A DNA stretch of 64,000 nucleotides from Lingula anatina (Eukaryota; Animalia; Brachiopoda): NCBI GenBank assembly GCA_051362555.1, contig CM120640.1, positions 23,670,225-23,734,224 on the forward strand, given 5' to 3'. Made by a program: the position numbers and the translations under genes. Of the stretch, positions 53,997-64,000 are shown one piece after another; the first letter of the stretch is position 1, and the number at the start of each line of letters is the position of its first letter. The notes beneath the pieces were generated by a model. That model saw only the letters and a program-made list of their open reading frames with translations. It ran no database searches and was not told the DNA's origin.

Positions 53997-56900
53997 GTGA
54001 GTTGAGTGTATATTGACACTTGATAAACTTTTCAACATGTTAGGATTTATAAATACATATGCATGTACGTACTATTTTACATATACGTGTTTGAGAACGT
54101 AAAGCATCACCTGCACTTCTTGCACCTGTAATTAGCCAACTCATTTTCTAGTGTTGCATACAACCTTTTTGTTACATTGACACTGTCTGACAGCTAGAAC
54201 ACTGAATGTGGTATCTGTATAACAAAGTCACCACTTATGTGCTATGCATGCTGGGAAGGACAACTACTGGATGTTGTATTCATGAATTAATCAATACTCA
54301 AAACTCCATATAGGATGTATTCTATCATTCCTTCCTGACAAACCTAGAAAAACATTTTCCGCAATCAGGACTATTTTGCATGCAAAGTGATAATATTGTG
54401 CTGGTCCATAGGAATAGTGTGTGACCTGTCTTAGGTGTACTCATTGTGGCATAGGGACATACAGGAAGCATGATATATTGTGTGTAGTGTAAAGCTGCAT
54501 GGGTCCAGCTTCTAGTAGAAGTATTGTGTGTATTCAATCAACAGAAATATGTCTTGTAGGTTAACTAGGCATGTATGCCTCCATGTCTACTAATAATTAA
54601 GATTAAGATCACATCATGGTATCGATCTATTCTTATTGCTGTTCTGTGTGAACTCTCCTGTGAAAATTTTAACACGAAGGTGCATCTATCAATAAAGCAA
54701 ATGATGAAATAAAGTATTTTAGTAGACAAAAGAAAATGTTAACAGAAACAGATATTGATTATTTCAAATTATTATGTAGGAAGTAATAATACATGAAGAT
54801 ATTTAATGCATTTTTTTTCTACAAAAAATGCAAAAAGGTTTCATACACATGTAAGCAGAACTTTTTTCTTGAAAAATTGGAACTAAGTCTTAGACATACA
54901 TTACTTCAGTGAACAGGTTTCCCAATCCTCGTAAGTAGATGGTAAAGTACATGGAGCTTTTAACACTGCTTAGTAGATGGAACACACAAAGCCATTCGGA
55001 TATCTGATTTTTTTTCTCAACAAATTTGGATGGGAGGGGGTTCAACCAACAGGGTCACTAAGTAAATGTGCTGTTTGGTTGTTATATGGTATCCATGGCA
55101 ACAGAGGTTTGTGTGTATTGATCTACTCTCTGATTATATTGTTCAGTGGTCTGCTGATATATGAATGCAATGAATTCTGGAAATGATGGAATGGATATTG
55201 ACTCTACTTCTCCTTTCTTAACCAGAGGCATGTTTTTTAATAAGACTTAGTACTCATGAGCTTATTATGCTCCTAATTTTACCCCCCCCCTCATTTTTTA
55301 AACATATATGACCTTAGTTTGGGGAATGACAAGGACCACGTAGATTCTCTATATCTGTAACATAGCATATCTGTCTTTAATATTTATGTGTGATTTTCAC
55401 TCCCATATTTGTTAATTGGTCAACATACCATTCCAGAAATCCATTGCATTTATGTTGTAGACAGTCTTAAGTCTTCAATAAATCTTTTATTGTGTACAAA
55501 ATTTCTTCAGAACAATTTGACACATCTCGGGTGTTGCATGGCTGTATCTCAATTGTATTTCTCAATTGGAGAAATACAGACTGTACAACTAAGCTAGTAG
55601 GCCATTCCATGCACTGGCCATGATGACTAAATGCTATTTCCATATACTGAATATTCACTTGTGGTTTAGTTTCTTTGCATACAGCTCATATGATTTTATT
55701 CACGGTTTTTCACTTGCTCTTATATTGTAAAATCATGTTATCTTTTCATATGTAAGTATGTTTCAAGCTGATTTTAACATGAAACTTTTTGCATGTTTTG
55801 GGCTAATTTGATGAAAGAAAATGATGTTTCTTTATTCACTTTTGTTATTTTTTGTAAATATCAAGTTGAAATAAGGACTGTTTGCATGCAAATATGCTGC
55901 CTCTATTAATTGTTTTATAATCCAAACAGATTTATTCTTACTTTAAAGCATTTTCATTTTCACCCAGAAAAATTTACTCGATTGGGTGAAAAGATTATGT
56001 AAAATGTTTTCTTTGTCACCGGTGGGTATTTTTATATGTTATTTGTTTCAGAAATGTTGTTTTGATGTAAAACATGAGACCCTATTTCAATAACTTCACA
56101 TTTTTTTCTTCTACATCTATTATCTCCAACTAGAGCATAAGATTATACTACTGATGTAATACACCAGAGCTTGTATGGTTTGTAGGAATGTTGTGTTCAT
56201 ATATTGGACAGTTGGACCTCTCGTGAAATTGAAACTGCAGCTATAGATCATCATCCACCTGTACCTGTATTTAGAAATAATCAGCCAGTAGATCTGCATG
56301 GTCCGAGATGTAATTACAAAAAGGTGTGAAAACTGTCCGGGAATTGCCTGGACTGCATGCATGGCTTGAAATAATAAATGATGATTGATTAATGAGATGA
56401 AACTAAAATCCTTCAGGTAAATCCTTCAGTAAGAAGAAATAAATAACCCCACCTGTATTTGTTTTAGGGTCAATGTGTGGTTGTTAGGTGTTTAATTGAA
56501 GTTATACAGTAATGACAGTGTTAGTGACATATTTTCCCTTGCAATGATGAGCTGTTGAACATTTTATCCACCAGAGTATTTGTCATGGAAATGTGCTGCA
56601 ATGGCTAACATAATTATGCAGTATATATGTAGTCTTAAAAAGATGTAAAGCTGGAAACCAGAAGCAGTTGTCTGTGTTCACAGTTATTCTTGTCTTATTA
56701 TTAAATCGTGTCAGTACACTGCATGGTTTGTGAAAGATGCTGTTTTTAGAATGTTTTCTAGAATTCTGGCAAGAAAGAAGTATGTCTGTGCAATTCCTGC
56801 CAAGAAATAACCTTGTTTAAACATAATTACTTCAAGCAAGATATAGGGTTTGTTTTTTCTAGCTTCAGGTATTTAGGGTAACTTTTCACACTATGTGTGT

Positions 56901-59189
56901 GAAAGGGGTAGGGTTAGAACAATTTTTTTATTGTATTAAATAAATAAAAACTGTATGAATTTACCAGCTAAATATCAGATTTAAAAATCTATGTAAAAAA
57001 TCATTTAAGGAAGAAAATGGACATTTCTTACAGTCCAATATAGTCATTCTGGAGTAGAAAATACTCAAAGAAAGTTCATTAAAAAGTTGAAGACATTTAG
57101 ACAGTTTTGTCAGAATGAGATAATGGTGCTAATATTTCTGTCAGTAGCCTTTTGTCAGACTGCATTCAGCAACTGCTTTATGTGACTGACCTGCCTTAAC
57201 CAGAACAACCTTTTGAACAACTCTAGTGCCCTTGTCAAAAGGGTTCATGTAGTTCTAATTATCCCTGTGAGGAAACTGATACCAAGTGCTGCCGTTAAAA
57301 CAAATGATTGCCAATTATATTAAACAAAATGAGAAAAAGAGGTGAAATTAATCTGGGTTAGGGTATTAACAGTTTCTGGCAATTTGTTGGAAAAAAATTA
57401 TATAGGGAGTAGAATAATGAATAAGTTTACACAGCAAATATAGCTTATTGACTTGAATGTCATTTAATTAACAGAGCTGTTAACTTTGGAGAATAAATGG
57501 ATAATTGAGAATGAAAGCGAAGTGGGAAAAATGTCAACCCTTGGTGAGTCCACATCGATCCAAGAGACTCAGTGGGCATAATTTTGCATTCACTATGGTC
57601 GGCCTGTCAGTGCCATCTGAATTATTACTTCATAAACCTTCAACTTTATTGACATGTCAGGAAAAACGAGAAAAGTTAAGTTGTCAGTTAGCAAAAGTCA
57701 ATGACGCTCAGGAAGATTTTCCTCATAATATCTTAATTATCTGCTGCGACCTCTTGGATATCATGGGTCCTCTGCGGCATTGCCGATATGGCCCTGTGGA
57801 CTTGGCTATATTTTAAACTCTGTTATGTGAGGCCATGTTATGTGCTTCCTCTGCTCTATACATATTTGAGGCATTTTACTAGCTCTACACAAGCACAGGT
57901 CGTACTGTTTTTGCAGTTTCTTGGGACCAGTGATGTATACATTTTTGAAAAACATTAATATACTGATTGCTGATCCTTGCCTTGTTTTTGTGGAGCTTTT
58001 GCGATGTTTACATAAACTTTTTTCTGTGGTCAAATCAGAAATGTCATTTGGGATTTTTAGTTGATGGAAAATGCAATAGATGTTTTGACATCTGCACTAA
58101 TATTTCTTAATAGCATTTTGATTTGTATTTCTCAAGTAAGTAGCTTTTCTAAAGATGAAACGAAGAATTTTGAATTGTCACTTTTGATTTTCAATGTTTT
58201 GTTTTTTTTTTTTTTGTCATTAATTAGAAAAAAGGTTTGGAAAAAGCATCTCAAATGAACCAAGGTCTTTTAAACTGTCCTAAAATGTCTTAAGAAACCT
58301 GATCACAATCAAAAGATAAAACCTATATATACACTGAAACTTTAAGTAAATGTAAAGAAAACCTATGGTATCATATTGAATCTAACTCATCTCCTCCAAC
58401 AGTCATCTAAATTAAATCAGGAAATCGGATCAATATTTCTAGATAATCACATTGTTTGTTTCACCTATGCTACATTTTGCTGCATTTCTGCCAGGACTAA
58501 TGTTCGTCTGACATTTTGTCTGGCTAAACAGACTTGTATTTTATGATAGGAAATAGAGGCTCCAGTGCCAGTTAAACTGGAATAACTGGATGTAGACAGT
58601 TCTCTTTATTGAATGCTTGAATTAATTGACGAGGCTCGGAATCAATTGAGTTTACATTGATCCAATTGCATGTTATAGTTTGTGGATAGTAAGAATATGA
58701 AGTGTCCACATCTCATTCCATCATATTCCCCCCCTCTTACACATATATCTCTTGTATGTATGAATATGACATCACAGCATCTCACCACCAGTCTAGAATA
58801 TAAAAAGGATGACCAGATCAAGATCTCTGCAATCAAAAGGCATCTCTTTCACTATTGAAGGGAGTCCCTAAGCCACAAGTTGTTGTTGAAACTCAATCCC
58901 CTTCTCATAAACACCTAGGGAGCAGCAGTTTGCCTGTATTGTGCTGAAGCAATGGAGGATATGGAGCTAAACCATTATTCCTGCACTAAGGTGTTTAGAT
59001 AGGAGGGACTATTATGTCCTGTACCTTGGGGTTTAGTTGAGTGAAAATATTGTACAACATTGGAATCCTGGCATAATCAACTGCATAGAGCAGCTTCTTG
59101 AATGAGGTTCACTGATTACCCAGAACCTGGATTTTCTGAATCCCAATAAAAGCGCTCTTAGCTTAAGGGTTCTTATATGCTGGAGAGAA

Positions 59190-59933
59190 AATAATTAGCA
59201 TAGAGCTTAGGATATGCCACTCAGGCCAACTGACATGGGATGGGGGTTGTCCTGATTCTAAACAGATGTCTTAGTAGTAACTAGAACTGCTGGTGGTGCA
59301 ACCTGCAGGGAACAATCTAAGCCGCGTGCTGTGGGCAGCCATTAGCATAAGGATATGCTGTCTCTCCTGAGCCATGAAAGCCAGCTTAGTAATATGCTGA
59401 TGAGGAGGTCGCTGTTGTCAGTGTCAGAACAGCTGCATTCAAGTGTGTAGAACAGTTTTCTATAGATCAGAGGTGAAGAGAAGTGTTAGGTTGGAGTCCG
59501 AGGACAGTAACAAAAACAGTGGTCATTTCTGTACTACACAGTCGCTTACTCTTACTGGGCAGTCTTTTGTAGGAATGCAAACTACTGTGACCTACTAGGT
59601 ATATACTACCTATACAGACAGGGCTAGTGAATCACTACCTGTAACTGGAGAGAGATAACTGGGATACCAGCAAACATGTTAAATGGGAAGACTATATTGT
59701 AGTTTTACTCGGTGATTTATAAAGTAGGGAAAAATTAAGTTGATGAAAAAGCCTTGGGAGATATTGAAAGGTTGAATGGAATGGATTTTTCTCCTGAAAG
59801 GCCAAAGGTTATAACAGATTGTTCCATGTGAAAGGACTGGCAGAGTGACCTGTTGTACTAGAAGGGTGTTAGTGTGACTACACGCTAATTCATCAGCTTG
59901 CCAAATCTTTGAAGAAGGTAGAAAAGAGTAAGG
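59190..59933 (+). promoter_or_regulatory. Candidate internal promoter and 5'UTR for leader exon C
   Basis: GC-richer block; duplicated ATTAGCATA...GGATATGC motif (59194-59217, 59341-59358); Inr-like TCAGTG near 59418; no convincing acceptor just upstream of the ATG. Confidence 0.4.
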
Positions 59934-60024
59934 ATGGGGAGACTTCTCCGTCCTGTATTAATTGAGATTTTATACTTTTTGCTATTGGCACACACAGATG
60001 TTAACAGTCAAGGAGACGGGAAAG
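59934..60024 (+). CDS. Lar: Lar internal alternative leader exon C: signal peptide MGRLLRPVLIEILYFLLLAHTDVNS-QGDGK, phase 1 to the FN3 exon
   Basis: AGGATGG start (A at -3, G at +4); in-frame upstream TAG at 59919-59921; basic n-region, hydrophobic h-region, V-N-S cleavage motif; 30 codons + G then AAG|GTGAGC donor; G+TG (61304) gives Val and continues into PEQPRN. Confidence 0.78.
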
Positions 60025-61303
60025 GTGAGCTTTGCTAAGTATCCTATAAAAAAAAGAGACATTCAGTTTTTAATTGACATTCATGGGTTTTCTCTCTGGG
60101 TGTGAGTTTTGATAGCTATCATGTGATTACAAACTTTTTTCGTTTAGTTCAAGTTTGCATGTCTGTTTGTAAGTTGTTTTGATTGCAGTTGCACCTTAGA
60201 GCTTTGGAAGTGTCTTGATTGTTATTCAACAATTATTTGAAGAGATTTCTCTCTCTTTTCATTCTACATCTTTTTCCTAAGAAACTTTTCTGCTTCTGTT
60301 CAGTGCCATTATTGAAGACTTGTATATTTGACGCAGGTCTTTCATTCTTCTATCTCCTATCCTCCTTTGACCATCCCCTCAGAAGAAGCACACTCCTTTT
60401 CGGAGCTGTTGCCTCGTATGTCAGATGTTTTGTGTGATCAATGGTAGTGTCACATTTGAATGGACATTTGAGTGCATTAGAGGAGGGACGCTTTGTTTGC
60501 AAAATTGGGTCAGAGCCTTGTATTGTGTGGTGTGTGAAGAAATGTTATAGAGTATGCTCATGCAGCACCGTCTAATTTTGTAATCCTGTAATGTTAGCAC
60601 AATTCACTTTGCCAGCATGTTAACTTGTATTGTCATTGGGGAGGATAGGTAAGGCAAAGTTTGGAGTGGAAATATATGGAGACTGCTGTGTGCTGTGAAG
60701 CAGAAATGTTTATAGTCATTGCTTTTACCTTGAAAAACAACCTTTTTTTGCTGAAGTTGAATGGTGGTCATGACTGACTCTTTGGTTGTAGAAACCCTGA
60801 TGTCATACATCATTGTATACTAATACATATTTACATATATTTGAAACACGAAAGCATACTCTTTACTTGTCATTTTTCAAAATGATGTACTTTGTGATTA
60901 TTTTGTCATTTATTTAAATTATGTTACCTTTTGAAAAAGATTGAATTGGTGGCTGATGTGTTTGCATAAAAAATAGAAATATCCAGACTGACTCATTTTT
61001 AAGGTTGATAATTTGATAGCTTCATCATAAAGGAAATTATATATCATTACTCTTCTCATTGCCCATAATCATCTAATCTGGCTCATCAGATTGTTATCTG
61101 GGATCAAAATTATGCAAACATCAACTGATCAAATATAATGACAACATTGTAACTCATATTATATTGAAATCATTTTTTCCACAAGATTTAGATACTTCTT
61201 AACACTTAAATAATTTTTAAAAAGTTTTATTGCACTTGAATTTTTTGTTCTGTCAATTTTTTAATTCTTGGAATTTATTTGAATTATTTTTCTTATATCA
61301 CAG

Positions 61304-61588
61304 TGCCAGAGCAACCTAGGAATTTACAGACCGAGGTACGAGGCCCAGACCAGATTTACGTTACCTGGGAAAAACCAGAGAATTCTGACGACATTATCAC
61401 AAGTTATGAGTTATATTACCAATCTCCATCAAGGGGGAAGGTCCGTGTGACCATCCAGCCCCCAGTGGAGAGTTACCTGTTGGAGGATCTAATCCCAGCC
61501 ACAGTATACAACATCCATGTCCTTGCTAAATCAGAGAGGGGGACAGGGCCTGAGAGCCCTGTAGTCCAAGCAACAACGCAGGAGTTCA
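61304..61588 (+). CDS. Lar: Lar exon: FN3 (VPEQPRNLQTEV...YVTWEKP...LEDLIPATVYNIHVLAKSERGTGP...TTQEF)
   Basis: tcttatatcacag acceptor, A|GTGAGT donor, 285 nt, phase 1-1; FN3 consensus following TRQG as in LAR proteins. Confidence 0.94.
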
Positions 61589-64000
61589 GTGAGTACTGCC
61601 TTTTATTTGCTATTAGAAATACAGACAGGATTACAGTTCCTAGGATTATGATTGTCAGTAGTTCATTATAGTTACTAAGTAGTTGGTTGCTGTATCATGT
61701 GGAAACAAAAGGAAATGGGACTATTTCAGCTGTATTGAGTATTTAATTTTAAATCACAATCTGTCAGAATTCCCTATTTCATGTATGATAAAAAATACAT
61801 TATGTGGTTTAAAAGAATTCATAGGAGCACTGCATTTTTGACTATGACTTTTTTTATGGGAATGGGAATGTTCAGAAAAATGTTAAGTCCAAAATTGTGC
61901 CAGAGATAAAGAATACCTTATAGCAGTATCAAGTGAAAACTCTCTTGAATTTTACTGAAATTTTCATAAACATATCAGCATTTGAAGTTTGGTACATTTT
62001 TTAAAATCCACTCACTACATATCACCGATATCGTAACCATCTTTCCGCTGCACTGTTATTGCCTTCGTGGCATCTGATAACTGTTCTAAAGTTAGTAGAC
62101 AAACATGGAACAGTATCCAGCATGGTCTGTAGACAAGAATCTACTGTTTAAAGCCACTGTACAGGTGGTGGGCAGATGAGAAGCGAGCTTAAGACAGACA
62201 GGTTTACACAAGCTGGGACTCTGCTTAATATGTCCTGGTATGAAAGAATAAACTAAAAGCTTACCAGGATGCTGCAGTATGGTGTAATATTAACTTAACA
62301 TTAAGCTGTGGAAAAAAAAACCACATGGAGCAACATCCTTGGTGTGTTTATTTTCCTTGAGGATTTATGGAAGATTGACCTCTTGTTTATAATGCTGACC
62401 TGGTGGCATGCTTTGTCTCCAAATATCATTTCCCTCATTTCTGTACACACAAAAAAAGAAAGTAATCTAAGTAATCTGATCTTATCATCCAGGTCTTTGC
62501 ATTAATTGATTCCAAATAGTTTTAACAGCTGTCATATGGTTTAATGCCAATGATAAGATTAAGAGAACCCTTAATCCTGAGTGATTGATTTCTTGCTACC
62601 CCACCCCCTCTACCAATACTGCCCTGATCCTAGAAAAAAAGAAATTTAAGTGTGTATTTTTAGTTGCCTTATCATTTTGCTATTTTTATTAGAAGCTTAA
62701 TATGATGTGATATTGTTCCACAGTGGCAAACAATGAACAAACAAGATGTCTAGATGTGACGTCCTGTTTTTTTTTACTCGATATTTGATCATTTTCTTTT
62801 TTTTTTTTTTTTTTTCATTGCTGGGCTCACACTTCATAGTTAATCTTTACTTGATAAGAATGTTGAAAGCTTGAGTGTAAAGATAAAACAATTGGGAAAT
62901 GTGAGTCCTGTCCTTGTAGTGTTGTATCAATTTTGAAATTCATGCAGAAGTAAGAGCTGGCACCATAGAATTAAATATTTCATTGAATGCAACAATGGTT
63001 TCTACCAGCAAAGTCTCATTTCGGAAATTTTGACTTTTATGATCATCATTGATAAATGAAAATATCATTTGAATGAGTGTATTTAAAAAAATAGATAGAA
63101 AATAAAAATATTTCCAAATATCAATTATGTTGCAGTTTTGCAAATTTATCAGTTGGCATTTCTGCATGAATTGACTGTTTACTGTATCTGTTGTTGTTGT
63201 TATGTCCAGTACTGGACTCACTAGCATAAATTTGTTTTATGTAGATCATTTGAATTTTTTCAAATAAAATATCAATAAAAAGGCGCTTCAGGGGGAGGGA
63301 TTCAATAATTCAAGTTTGTTTCAGAGGAAATATTTTGAACATTTGGCTTAAATATAATATGCTAACTAGTGTAAGTCTAGAAATGCCTCTACAGGGAGGT
63401 TGCAATGGAGGAGATGTGAATTTTTTTTTTTTTTTTAATTGTCGTTATATTACCAAATATCATTGGATGAATTTTGGCAATAATAATTCACATTGAAATC
63501 TTCCCTGTGTTGGTATAAAATGTTTGAATGCTGTGATTGTCCCTTAATAGATAGCGTAGTATAATGATTACAATATCATTATATTGATTTTACTGTCATG
63601 CCATACAATAGATTAAGCAAGGTAAAATATTACAAAAGAAAAACTAGTGCATGGCTGTTACTGTAAATTGAATTTGACCGAATGTAAAAGAAAAGCAAAA
63701 CAACCAAATGATTTAGATTAAATGGAAATTGGAATGAAATCCTTGCACTAGTCTTCATTTTGTCTTATCCAACATGAAGACCTGGAGTCTGTTCTCGGCC
63801 CTATGTTTAGACTGCCAAGATAGCCCACAAGCATATACTCACCTTTCCATGAGATTGCTATCTAGATAACAAATGAAGGAATGTTCAAATATGAAGGAGA
63901 AAATGCCATCTCAATATGGTTGAATTCTCAATTTATTTGCCAAATTATTTGTTTTTCGACAAGTGCAAAATTGGAAGTTATTGTGCATTCCTTTCAGAAA

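Noticed and set aside
56863-56868. 6-nt microexon candidate CTTCAG
   Set aside because: Short pyrimidine tract and weak GTATTT donor.
57531-57543. AAAATG-MSTL-G|GTGAGT in frame with the FN3 exon
   Set aside because: Only four codons, no signal peptide and no independent support.
1-64000. Prokaryotic-type systems (CRISPR, operons), tRNA/rRNA genes, autonomous TE ORFs, nested minus-strand genes
   Set aside because: The DNA is an intron-rich eukaryotic gene; I saw no repeat-spacer array, RNA-gene signature, RT/transposase motif or credible minus-strand protein.

Overview
AT-rich, visibly CpG-depleted metazoan genomic DNA; an invertebrate, possibly lophotrochozoan, source is an inference from protein style and composition only. 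The window holds the 5' half of one large + strand gene, a LAR-family (type IIa) receptor protein tyrosine phosphatase (Lar/PTPRF/D/S-like). Eight internal coding exons with canonical AG/GT ends and matching phases assemble into Ig1-Ig2-Ig3-FN1-FN2-FN3; the remaining FN3, transmembrane and PTP exons lie beyond the window. The main observation, which the ORF track does not resolve, is three short ATG-initiated, signal-peptide-like exons, each ending in a strong phase-1 donor. One lies before Ig1 (22728-22821), one inside the Ig1-Ig2 intron (38998-39061) and one inside the FN2-FN3 intron (59934-60024). Together they suggest a ladder of promoters producing receptors with different ectodomains. 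Also seen: AG|GTAAG recursive-splice-like sites (one at the start of the first leader exon), an AP-1 site cluster, an Rbfox-motif cluster around a candidate 18-nt microexon, a candidate poison exon, an altered heparan-sulfate-binding loop in Ig1, and MITE and simple repeats. The other listed ORFs look spurious. All counts are by eye.
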